From positions 13,009 through 77,008 of the forward strand of contig DATNMH010000005.1 in the NCBI GenBank assembly GCA_035602395.1: a DNA stretch of 64,000 nucleotides, written 5' to 3'. The notes beneath the pieces are model-generated. The model was not told the DNA's origin. It saw only the letters and a list, made by a program, of their open reading frames with translations, and did no database searches. Shown here piece after piece: positions 18,353-27,008 of the stretch; positions within the stretch are counted from its first letter, which is position 1; every line of letters begins with the position of its first letter. Source of the DNA: Candidatus Acidiferrum sp. GTDB taxonomy: Bacteria > Chloroflexota > Dormibacteria > CF-121. The translations under genes and the position numbers were made by a program.

Positions 18353-19081
18353 GTGGAGGTCACCTTCCTTGGGACCGGTTCGGCCTTCTCCCCCCACGCG
18401 TACAACGCCAGCATCCTGCTCGACCGGACCATCCTGCTGGATGCCGGTGCCCCGCTGACCGTCCACCTACCAAAGGCCGGCGTCTCGCTCGATGAGCCGA
18501 AGGCGGTAGTGCTGAGCCACTTTCATGCCGACCATACCTTCGGGCTCGCCTGGCTGATCCTGGGCCGCGTGCTGCTCCACAACCCATCATCGCCACTCAC
18601 CATCTTCGGTCCCGTCGGGACCACCGCCTACATCGAGCAGCTGCTCGACTTTGCCTGGGGCGAAAAGATGCGCCGTCTGAGCTGGGAGCGGCTGCAGCTG
18701 ACCGTGCACGAACTCGCCGGTGGGGACGCCTTCGAGGTCGACGGAAGCCGCGCCCGTGCGTTTCGCATGCAGCACGTCGATGAGCTCAATTGCCTGGGCT
18801 TCACTATCGAGCGCGACGGCGTGCGCCTCGGGTACAGCGGGGACGCAGAAATGTCAGCGGAGCTCGAGGCGCTGGTCGCGGCCTCCGATCATGTGATCGC
18901 CGAGATGACCTACCCCGACGACGAGGGTGGCGAGCTCCACCTCGGACGCAAGGAAGTCGAGGACCTGATGGAGCGGCACCCATCGACCCGCTTCATCATC
19001 ACCCACTTGAGCGCGGACGGGTCGGTCAACGGCGCCGTGATGGCTCGGGATTTTCTGACGCTGCACCTTCCTCTGCGCTGA
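18353..19081 (+). CDS. MBL-fold metallo-hydrolase (RNase Z/ElaC-like)
   Basis: GTG start. HFHADH motif (VLSHFHADHTFG). 242 aa. 3' end overlaps the convergent transglutaminase gene by 56 nt. Confidence 0.7.
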   Translation: MEVTFLGTGSAFSPHAYNASILLDRTILLDAGAPLTVHLPKAGVSLDEPKAVVLSHFHADHTFGLAWLILGRVLLHNPSSPLTIFGPVGTTAYIEQLLDFAWGEKMRRLSWERLQLTVHELAGGDAFEVDGSRARAFRMQHVDELNCLGFTIERDGVRLGYSGDAEMSAELEALVAASDHVIAEMTYPDDEGGELHLGRKEVEDLMERHPSTRFIITHLSADGSVNGAVMARDFLTLHLPLR

Positions 19082-21578
19082 CCACCCGGCCGCGACGCAG
19101 CGCGTCACGCCAGGCGCCGACCACCAGGCCGGTATAGCTGCCGCGGATGCGGTGCCACGCGTGGCGCGCTTCAGCGAGCTCATCCGCTGAAAGGCCCTCG
19201 CGGCGGAAGCTGGCCCGGGTGTAGAGGTTGGCAAGGCGCCGCACGTCTTCGTCGAGCGGTGGCACGTAGGTCGCCAGCCGACCGGCGAATTCCTGCGGGG
19301 TATCGCCGCGGTGGCGCGGGACTTTGAGCCGGTCGCCCAGGAAGAGCAGGCGGCGCCAGATGCGAGGGACGTCTTTGACCGCCAACAGCCAGCGCGCCGC
19401 CAGCAGGATGCCAATGATCAGGAGAACAAGGACCGCGGCTCCGACTAGCAGTGCCTGGCGCCAGATATTGGGGAAGGCACCGTTCGATGTCGATCCACCA
19501 GTGTCCACCACCGGCTCCGTTGGGATCGGCCGCGGACGGGCGGTCGCCTCGGTCGACGGCGGGCTCGGGGCATTGAGCAACGCACGGGTCAAAGGCCGGC
19601 TGATCGGAGCATTGACGTTGTCGGGAGTCGGCTCGAACGGGATCCAGCCGTAGCCAGGGAAGAAAACCTCGACCCAACTGTGGGCGTCGACCGCGTTGAC
19701 GATGTACTGGTGGCTCTTGTCATCGAGGATCCCCTGCCCGAAGCCGCTCATCTGGCGGCTGGGGATCCCGAGGGTGCGCAGCATGACGTTCATGGCCGTC
19801 GAGAAGTCCTGGCAGAAGCCCTTCTGGCTGGTGAAGAGGAAGTAGTCGAGCGGCCGCACGCCGGTCGGCGCCTGCGGCGTGAGCAATGTATAGGTGAAGC
19901 GTCCCTTTTCCTGGAACCAGGACTCGATCGCCCTGGCCTGGTCGTAGGGGGTGGTCGCCTTCGCAGCGTGCACGATCGATTGGGCCAGGGCGGCGATGTC
20001 CGCATCGCGACCGGTGGAGTACCCTTTGGCGCTCACGCCGCCCGCATACAGGCTGATGTATGGGGCGGTCCAGGCCGGATAGTCTGTGCCCGCGCTCTGG
20101 AGCTCGTCCACCGCCGCGTTCGGAACAGCTTCCGTGACGCTGAAGGTGTATGGCGCGCGCACCCGATTAGCGAAGTGGATCTGGTCGACGGTATCGAAGG
20201 TACTGGGGTTGACGTTGTCGCCGGTGACATTGACCAGCGCGGGAACGGAGCCTGGAAGCCCCGCTTCCGACGTCATGATGCCGCGCACTTTGCTGGGTTG
20301 GTTGACGGAAATGATCTCGCCGCTACTGAAAACGGTGGCGAGCGTCTGCTCCGGCGGAACGATCACCTGGAACGTGTCGTGCTGGATCTGGATGCGTTGC
20401 GGGTCCGACGGCAGGTCATCCCGAGGGATCGGTGCCCCGGCGGCAACCAGCGGTTGCTGGCGCACCGGAACTTCCGGGGTACTGGGAAGCGAGTACCACT
20501 GGATCCCATCCCAGCCAGCCAGGGCAATGCCGCGCCAGTACGGGTAGTAGGTCGGGGCGTCGCCGCTGACCCGCATCACGGTCTGCGGCTTCGCTTTCAG
20601 CTGCGTACCCGGCCGAACCGTTTCGCTGTAGCCGACCGATCCGATGCCCCCTCCCGGACCTGACCCGCTTCCGATGCCGAAGGGATGAAATGGATCGGCG
20701 TGCACCACACCGGGGATGAGCGCGCCACTGATGTCGCTACTGCTGAGCGGCGGCAGGATGAGGAAGGCGATGGCAAGAATGCCCACGGTCGCCTCGACGC
20801 CAACCTCGCCGAAGGTCCAGCCAGTATCGGCTGCGTGCGGCAGGCGTCGCGACCGCCAGTTTTCTTTGAGGGCGACGAAATTTAGCCGAAGCAGGACGGA
20901 AGCCGCCGCCGCCAGCCAGACGACGACAAAGAAACCCAGGCCGGGACTGGTGTCGTTGATGATCTCGACTGCCAGGATGGTGCCAGTCGGCAGGAGGGCG
21001 ACCAGCCCGTTGTGGCGGCGGAAGATCCACCAGCTCGTCCAAACGCCGGCAAGGGTGAACATCAAGATCAGACCCATCAACAGCAGGAGGTTGGTTTGCG
21101 CAGGCAGGTCGAGCGACCATTTGCGCAATGCCGGGACCGACAGCCCGGCGGTCGTTAGCGGCGAAGGCGTCAACAGCGCGAGCGACACCAGCGCCGCCAC
21201 CATCGAGGCGATGACGTAGGCGAGGCGACGAAGGCCAGCACAGACGAAGAACCAGCCGAGTACGCTCGTCAGTGCCAGCGCCGGAACCAGCCGGCCGTCG
21301 GTATCGAAGCCCGGCACCCACGCCGACCGCTCGACCGCGGCCGCGACCGCCCAACCCATCAGCAGCGCGAGCGCGAGCAACAGCCAGGTGTCGCGCACAT
21401 TGAGTGTGAGAACCACCCGACCCGCCCGAGTGACCCGCAGGGTGGCGCGGCCCTCCTCGTAATGCCCCCGAACCAAGCCGGCTGCCCAGGCAGCGCCGAG
21501 GAACGCCACGACGAGCAGCGTGATGGTTGCGGGGTTAACTTGCGGCAAGCGGTCGCTCCCCCGTGGTGTCGAGGTCAT
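19026..21578 (-). CDS. transglutaminase-like multi-pass membrane protein (TgpA-like: DUF3488 N-terminal domain plus transglutaminase core)
   Basis: 850 aa. N-terminal multi-TM region. Cys-His-Asp core (GFCQDFSTAMNVMLRTLGIPSRQMSGF..VDAHSWVEVFFPGYGWIPFEPTPD). C-terminal TM helix plus cytoplasmic tail. Confidence 0.8.
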   Translation of the reverse strand: MTSTPRGSDRLPQVNPATITLLVVAFLGAAWAAGLVRGHYEEGRATLRVTRAGRVVLTLNVRDTWLLLALALLMGWAVAAAVERSAWVPGFDTDGRLVPALALTSVLGWFFVCAGLRRLAYVIASMVAALVSLALLTPSPLTTAGLSVPALRKWSLDLPAQTNLLLLMGLILMFTLAGVWTSWWIFRRHNGLVALLPTGTILAVEIINDTSPGLGFFVVVWLAAAASVLLRLNFVALKENWRSRRLPHAADTGWTFGEVGVEATVGILAIAFLILPPLSSSDISGALIPGVVHADPFHPFGIGSGSGPGGGIGSVGYSETVRPGTQLKAKPQTVMRVSGDAPTYYPYWRGIALAGWDGIQWYSLPSTPEVPVRQQPLVAAGAPIPRDDLPSDPQRIQIQHDTFQVIVPPEQTLATVFSSGEIISVNQPSKVRGIMTSEAGLPGSVPALVNVTGDNVNPSTFDTVDQIHFANRVRAPYTFSVTEAVPNAAVDELQSAGTDYPAWTAPYISLYAGGVSAKGYSTGRDADIAALAQSIVHAAKATTPYDQARAIESWFQEKGRFTYTLLTPQAPTGVRPLDYFLFTSQKGFCQDFSTAMNVMLRTLGIPSRQMSGFGQGILDDKSHQYIVNAVDAHSWVEVFFPGYGWIPFEPTPDNVNAPISRPLTRALLNAPSPPSTEATARPRPIPTEPVVDTGGSTSNGAFPNIWRQALLVGAAVLVLLIIGILLAARWLLAVKDVPRIWRRLLFLGDRLKVPRHRGDTPQEFAGRLATYVPPLDEDVRRLANLYTRASFRREGLSADELAEARHAWHRIRGSYTGLVVGAWRDALRRGRVVSAEEGAASENPEPSRRR

Positions 21579-22734
21579 CGGCGCCGCGGACGATCCACCA
21601 GTTCAACGCCTGGCGCCAGCGGCCGGCGCTCGCCAGCGCCGGCTGGGTCCCGCCGAACCCGCGCGGATCGATATAGACGATCAGGCTCCGCTGGCCTCGC
21701 ACGCCCAGGTCCAGCAGCGCGGCCGGCCACCGTTCGTCTGCCGAGGGGGTGATCACGATCAGGCCCCCGCGGTGCCGCCATTGGTGCCGCTGCGACGTCA
21801 GTAAGGTGGCGAGCGGCACCGTGCCGTCGGCCTGGGCGAGCGTGAAGTGTTCGAAGAGCTTGTTGCGCTGCTGGTCGCCGCGCGCGGCCTCGATCACACT
21901 GAGGCGGCTGTCATTGCTCACCAGACCGATGGCGCCACCGCGCCGAAGCCCGGCGTCCGCAATCGACGCGGCCAGGCTCATCGCATATTCGAGCGTGGAC
22001 TCGGGCGCCTCCCCGGCGTGGACCGAGGCCTGCAGGTCGAGGACGATCCAGGCGTCTCCCCCCTCGCGTGTCTCGAAGCTGCGGCTCATCAGCCGGCCGA
22101 GTCGGGCGGACGACGCCCAGTGGATCCGCTTGACGCTGTCGGTCGGGACGTACTCGCGAATGGTGGTGGCATTCGGCGGAATGTCGAGCACGCGACCGCG
22201 CAGCTGCTCGTTGCCGGCCGTGCTGGGGGCCAGCGCATCGAGCGCGCCGACCGGGCGCACCACGGGGTAGACGACCACCGACCGGCTGCCGGCGACGCGC
22301 AGGGTCCGCGCGAAAAGCCCGAACGGATCGCCATAGCGCAGCTCGACCGGGCCAAAGGTAAACAGGCCCCGCTGTTTGAATTGACCCCGCGACGTCCACC
22401 GGCGCGTTCGACGCCCCTTGAGGCTGAACACCCGCCCCGGGTTGTAGCCGGGCAGGTTGGAGAAATCCGTCAGCTCGATGAGCGGCACCGGGATCCAGGA
22501 GCGGTTCTCGATCGTGAAGTGCTCTTCGAAGTGGTCACCCACCTGGTACTGCCCCTCGGGGCTGGTCCGTTCCACCAGCAGGTTATCGGCGGCCAGCCGG
22601 CTCCACAGGTAGCTCACGAGAAAAAGAAGAATGAGCGCGTAGAGCAGGCTGTAGGCGAGCCGGATCCCGGTGATGTACGCGAAAAAGAAGAGAAGGGCCA
22701 GCGCCGTAATCAGGGGAAGACGCGGCAGCCGCAT
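21535..22734 (-). CDS. DUF58 domain protein (VWA-like)
   Basis: 399 aa with N-terminal TM helices. Second member of the classical MoxR-DUF58-TGase triad. The DUF58 3' end (21535) overlaps the upstream part of the TGase ORF by 44 nt, so the TGase start at 21578 is uncertain. Confidence 0.8.
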   Translation of the reverse strand: MRLPRLPLITALALLFFFAYITGIRLAYSLLYALILLFLVSYLWSRLAADNLLVERTSPEGQYQVGDHFEEHFTIENRSWIPVPLIELTDFSNLPGYNPGRVFSLKGRRTRRWTSRGQFKQRGLFTFGPVELRYGDPFGLFARTLRVAGSRSVVVYPVVRPVGALDALAPSTAGNEQLRGRVLDIPPNATTIREYVPTDSVKRIHWASSARLGRLMSRSFETREGGDAWIVLDLQASVHAGEAPESTLEYAMSLAASIADAGLRRGGAIGLVSNDSRLSVIEAARGDQQRNKLFEHFTLAQADGTVPLATLLTSQRHQWRHRGGLIVITPSADERWPAALLDLGVRGQRSLIVYIDPRGFGGTQPALASAGRWRQALNWWIVRGADDLDTTGERPLAAS

Positions 22735-22746
22735 CCGCTTGCCCGG

Positions 22747-23733
22747 CTAGCTCGCCACCCGGCGCCCGAAGCGCGAGACCACGCTCGGCGGCGGTACCGG
22801 CTCCGTTTCCAGAATCTGGGCCAGGACTTTCGCCGACGTGAGGCCACGCAGCTCTGCGTTGGCTTTGAGGATCAGACGGTGGGCGAGCACCGGTTGCACC
22901 AGCGCCTTCACGTCATCCGGGGTGACGAAGTCACGACCCTCGAGGGCTGCCCGCGCCTGCGCCCCGCGGAAGAGGCCTAGCGACCCGCGCGAGCTGGCGC
23001 CCAGGCCGATGTCGGCGTGCGACCGGGTGCGATGCGTCACGCGAGCGATGTACTCCTTCAGCTGGTCGTCGACGTAGATCTCCTGGACCGCGCTCTGCCC
23101 ACCGAGCACCTCGTCCGCCGAAGCCACCGCCTCCAGCTGCTCGATCGGCGACCCCCGCTGAAAACGGTCGAGCACCTGCACCTCGTGCGCCACGTCGAGG
23201 TAGCCGAGATTGACGCGCATCAAGAAGCGGTCGACCTGCGCCTCGGGGAGCGGGAAGGTGCCCGCGAACTCGACCGGGTTTTGCGTTGCCAGCACCATGA
23301 AGGGCAGCGGCAGCGGGTAGGTGGTCCCGTCGACCGTCACCTGCTTCTCCTCCATCGCCTCCAGCAGCGCCGACTGCGTCTTGGGCGTGGCCCGGTTGAT
23401 CTCGTCGGCGAGCAGCACCTGGGTGAAGATCGGACCCTGGCGGAATTCGAACTGCTGCGTCGAGGGACTGTAGATGTTGACGCCGGTGACGTCGGAGGGA
23501 AGCAGGTCCGGCGTGAACTGAAGGCGCTCGAAGGAGCACCCAAGGGAGCGCGCCAGCGACTTGGCCAGCATGGTTTTTCCGACGCCGGGCACGTCTTCGA
23601 TCAGGATGTGGCCACGGCTCAGCAGCGCAATGGCGCAGAGCTCGATCTCCGCACTCTTGCCGACGAGCACCCGACCGACGTTCTCGACGATCCGGGCACC
23701 GAGGGCTTCGACCGATCCGTTCTCCATCTGCAT
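22747..23733 (-). CDS. MoxR-family AAA+ ATPase
   Basis: Walker A (EDVPGVGKT) and Walker B (LLADEINRATPKTQSALLEAMEE), typical MoxR. Confidence 0.9.
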   Translation of the reverse strand: MQMENGSVEALGARIVENVGRVLVGKSAEIELCAIALLSRGHILIEDVPGVGKTMLAKSLARSLGCSFERLQFTPDLLPSDVTGVNIYSPSTQQFEFRQGPIFTQVLLADEINRATPKTQSALLEAMEEKQVTVDGTTYPLPLPFMVLATQNPVEFAGTFPLPEAQVDRFLMRVNLGYLDVAHEVQVLDRFQRGSPIEQLEAVASADEVLGGQSAVQEIYVDDQLKEYIARVTHRTRSHADIGLGASSRGSLGLFRGAQARAALEGRDFVTPDDVKALVQPVLAHRLILKANAELRGLTSAKVLAQILETEPVPPPSVVSRFGRRVAS

Positions 23734-23788
23734 CCTTCTTACTTCCTTTTCAGTGATCCGGTTCCCGTTCCGGCTGACGTCAATGTGC

Positions 23789-24220
23789 TTATCGAACGCG
23801 ATGACTCGGCGAATCGTTACCCGACCCGGTGCGCTCGCGCCGAGCGACGCTGGCGATGACGCCGCCGATTGTGCCGCCGCTCAAGACCAGGACGTCGTCG
23901 ACGACGAGCCCGAGCGTGTCCAGGCCCGCCGAACCAATCGGGCCGATGGGGCCAACGGCGCCCGCCAGCTCTTCCACGATGATGAAGCCGACCGCGACGA
24001 TGACCCCGTTCCAGACGGCGCCGCCGGCCGGCCCGATGAAGCCGGCGAGCGTTCCCCCAGCCAGCAGCGCCGCGAACGTGAGCAAGCCCTGCGAGACGAG
24101 CTGACCCCGATGACTGCCAAAGAGCAGGGTGCCCCCGACCAGTTGAATGACCACCGCGAGCACCATGCCAAGCCCGGCGGCGAACCAATCGACCCTCCGC
24201 CCAGCCTGAGACCTCGCCAT
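23789..24220 (-). CDS. hypothetical small multi-pass membrane protein
   Basis: ATG at 24220 (MARSQAGRRVDWF...). About 4 hydrophobic helices, Gly/Ala/Val-rich. Trails the MoxR operon. The longer 239-aa ORF call overlaps the Kelch gene and was trimmed. Confidence 0.4.
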   Translation of the reverse strand: MARSQAGRRVDWFAAGLGMVLAVVIQLVGGTLLFGSHRGQLVSQGLLTFAALLAGGTLAGFIGPAGGAVWNGVIVAVGFIIVEELAGAVGPIGPIGSAGLDTLGLVVDDVLVLSGGTIGGVIASVARRERTGSGNDSPSHRVR

Positions 24221-24263
24221 GGGACTCGCCTTAGTTTGCCAGATGTGAGGCAAGGCAAGGGCC

Positions 24264-25700
24264 TCAGTCAATCCATATCTCGCCGCCGCGCCACTGCCGG
24301 ACCAGGCGGCCACGGCGGAGCCACAGAGCGCCGACCAGCGCCAGGGTAGCGACGACGAGGATGATCGCCGCTCCCGCAATTGGCGCCGTCGCCGACCGGG
24401 TCGATAGGACACCAGCCGCAGATATGCCGTGCGGATCATAGAGTTCCGCGCTCGCCCATGGTATTGATCGGTTGCCGAACCCTCCGGCCACGAGAACCTG
24501 ACCGTCATCGAGTACGGTTGCGGTGGCGCTTGCCCGAATCGTCGTCAGGGCACCGGCGCTTGACCACCCATTCCGACGCCAGTCGAACACCTGGGCGTTC
24601 GTTTGGCCGATTCCGCCGGCGACCAGAACGGTCCCGTCCCGAAGCTCGACCGCGATATGCTCGGCACGGCCGACGGCTGGATCGGGAATCGGCAGCCACT
24701 GGCCGCTTATAGGATCGAAGATTTCGGCTGTGCGCTCATTGACGCCGTCATCTCCGACGACGAGGACACGGCCGTCCGGGAGCGGCGTGCTGGTCGCGTT
24801 GATGCGCGCGTAGCTCATGCTGGCCGCCGGCGACCAGGACTGCGTAGCAGGATCGTAGAGTTCCGCCGTCCGGAAGTAACCGGAGAATGCGAAATAATCG
24901 GCGTTTGTGCCACCAATGACGAGCACACGGTGGTCGGCGAGCAGGATCGCAGTATGTTTCGCCCGGGCCACCGACATTGGCATCCCTACCGTCCAAGAAT
25001 TCGCGACAGGGTCATACAGCTCCGTACTCGCGAGCACTCTTCCTGTGACATCATTAGTAGCCTCGATTCCACCGACAACCAGTACGCGGCCGTCGGTCAG
25101 CAGCGTCGCGGTGTGGTACGAGCGCGGAGTGTGCATGCTCGCCGCCAGGGCCCAGCTGTTGGTCTGGGGGTCGTAGAGTTCGGCCGTCGCGAGGGACCCA
25201 AGATACATCGGCTGTATCGGTGAGCCGCCAACGACCAGCACCTTTCCGCTGTTGAGCAACGTGGCGGTATGGAGCGACCGAGCCATCCTCAGTGTGCCTG
25301 CCGGACTCCACGTCCGGGTCCGGGGATCGTAGAGTTCCGCACTCGCAAGGATGTGGTTCGACTGGCTTCCGGCGACGACAAGAACTTTGCCGTTCGGAAG
25401 CAAGGTCGCCGTATGGTAGCCGCGCCCGAAACCCATGGCCGGGACAGACGACCAGGTTCCGATCACCTGCCCAGCTGGGGACTGCGCGGTGCGGATCCAG
25501 GCGACCCCGACGCCGAGGAGGAGCATCGCGGCGACCGCCGCCGCAACCCGCAAGAAGGCGAACCGGTGACGGCCAGGAGAAGGCCGACTGACCTCGACCG
25601 CATGGAGAATTCGAGATGCGATCACCGGAGGCACAGGAATCTGTGACCGCTCGGCCTCGACGTAGCCTCGGACGCGCTCTTCAATCGTTGCCGGTCTCAT
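24264..25700 (-). CDS. anti-sigma factor with extracytoplasmic Kelch-repeat beta-propeller
   Basis: ATGA-coupled to the ECF sigma. Short cytoplasmic N-terminus, TM helix, about 6 Kelch repeats (YHTATLL..GKVLVVGG...AELYDP), C-terminal TM anchor. Confidence 0.7.
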   Translation of the reverse strand: MRPATIEERVRGYVEAERSQIPVPPVIASRILHAVEVSRPSPGRHRFAFLRVAAAVAAMLLLGVGVAWIRTAQSPAGQVIGTWSSVPAMGFGRGYHTATLLPNGKVLVVAGSQSNHILASAELYDPRTRTWSPAGTLRMARSLHTATLLNSGKVLVVGGSPIQPMYLGSLATAELYDPQTNSWALAASMHTPRSYHTATLLTDGRVLVVGGIEATNDVTGRVLASTELYDPVANSWTVGMPMSVARAKHTAILLADHRVLVIGGTNADYFAFSGYFRTAELYDPATQSWSPAASMSYARINATSTPLPDGRVLVVGDDGVNERTAEIFDPISGQWLPIPDPAVGRAEHIAVELRDGTVLVAGGIGQTNAQVFDWRRNGWSSAGALTTIRASATATVLDDGQVLVAGGFGNRSIPWASAELYDPHGISAAGVLSTRSATAPIAGAAIILVVATLALVGALWLRRGRLVRQWRGGEIWID

Positions 25701-26215
25701 GATTCAGTCACTCCATTTCCGGAAGATGGATCGAGCTGGCGCCGCAGCTTGGCCAGCGCCCGATGGACAAGGACCCGCGCCGTGCCGGTTCGCACGCCGA
25801 TGATCCGTCCCACCTCGTCGAAAGGGGCGTCCTCGAAAAAGCGGATGTACACGGCCTCCTGCTCGCGCCGGCTCAGGCCCCGAATGGCGCTTCCCAGCAC
25901 AGCATCCGCCTCGCGGCCCTCCGCCACATCCATCGGGTCCGCGGATGCCGCCCGGCCGAAACGAAGACGGGCCCACCGGCTCTGCTGGCGCTGATGATCG
26001 TGGGCCAGGTTGACCACCGTCTTGTAAAGCCAGGGGCGAAACGCGTTGATTTCGCGCGGTGTTCGAGGGGAGAGCCAGACGCGCACAAACGCCTCCTGAA
26101 CGATATCTTGAGCCACGGTGTAATCACGGACGAGCAAGGTCGCCAGTTGAATCGTGGGGCGGTACAGGGCAAGCACCAACGGCTCGATCCATGACGACTC
26201 CGCCGGCTGTAGCAC
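25697..26215 (-). CDS. RNA polymerase ECF-type sigma-70 factor
   Basis: Regions 2 and 4 recognisable (DIVQEAFVRVW..., RFFEDAPFDEVGRIIGVRTGTARVLVHRA). Confidence 0.8.
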   Translation of the reverse strand: MLQPAESSWIEPLVLALYRPTIQLATLLVRDYTVAQDIVQEAFVRVWLSPRTPREINAFRPWLYKTVVNLAHDHQRQQSRWARLRFGRAASADPMDVAEGREADAVLGSAIRGLSRREQEAVYIRFFEDAPFDEVGRIIGVRTGTARVLVHRALAKLRRQLDPSSGNGVTES

Positions 26216-26297
26216 GAATCCCTCTCCCCAATAACTGCTACGCGCGAGTCAAGCCGATGTTACATCGCGCGCAAAAGAGGTCCTCCAGGCGATGGTC

Positions 26298-27008
26298 TCA
26301 GGAGAGGAGCCCGAAGGCGTGCAGGATGCCGGCGAGGAGCGGCGCCACCACCAGCGCCGGGAGGAAGTTTGCGACCTTGATCACCTTCAACTCCAGCAGG
26401 CCCAGCGCAATGGCGAGGACGGTGATGCCGCCGGTGGCGGTCAGTTCTGCGGTCTGCAAGTCGGAGAGTCGGGCGTGCACCAGAAAGGCTATCAAGGTCA
26501 GGCTGCCCTGCACCACCAGCACACTGACCGCCGAGAGCAGCACGCCCCAGCCGAGCGTGGCGGCAAAGACGATGGAGCTGACGCCGTCCAGGGTGGACTT
26601 GACCGCCAGCGTCGTGATGTCGCCCCTGGTGCCGTCGAGGAAGCTGCCGAGGATGGTGAGCGGTCCTACGCAAAACAACAAACTGGTGGTAACGAACGCC
26701 AGGCTGACGCGGCCCGGCTCTCCACCGCGATGGGTGCGGCGCTCGGCCCAGCGACCGATGGCCTGGACGTGGTCGTCGAGCCGCAGCGTCTCGCCGATCA
26801 CCACGCCGACCAGCACGCTGATCAACAGGATCAGCGGGTTGTGCGTCTTGAGGGTCAGCTGGATCCCGTAGACCGCGACGAAAAGGGCGATGGCGATACG
26901 GATGGTCTGCTGCAGGCCTGCGGGAATGACCCGTCCCAGCGTGAGGCCGATCGTGGCGCCGACGAGGACGGTGCCGGTGTTGAGGGCGGTCCCGAGCCCC
27001 GGGATCAC
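26298..27008 (-). CDS. DUF554 (YqgA-like) membrane protein
   Basis: 236 aa, multi-TM. N-terminus MIPGLGTALNTGTVLVGATIGLTLG is typical of DUF554. Confidence 0.65.
   Translation of the reverse strand: MIPGLGTALNTGTVLVGATIGLTLGRVIPAGLQQTIRIAIALFVAVYGIQLTLKTHNPLILLISVLVGVVIGETLRLDDHVQAIGRWAERRTHRGGEPGRVSLAFVTTSLLFCVGPLTILGSFLDGTRGDITTLAVKSTLDGVSSIVFAATLGWGVLLSAVSVLVVQGSLTLIAFLVHARLSDLQTAELTATGGITVLAIALGLLELKVIKVANFLPALVVAPLLAGILHAFGLLS

Noticed and set aside
18241-18495. ORFs 18241-18432 (-) and 18253-18495 (+) over the selD 5' end
   Set aside because: They have no homology and are in conflicting frames. The region is explained by the Sec-containing N-terminus of SelD and its SECIS-like hairpin.
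23789-24508. Full 239-aa ORF call for the membrane protein
   Set aside because: The upstream 96 codons overlap the Kelch anti-sigma gene 3' end in another frame and are hydrophilic Arg/Ser-rich. It was trimmed to the ATG at 24220, where the hydrophobic protein starts.
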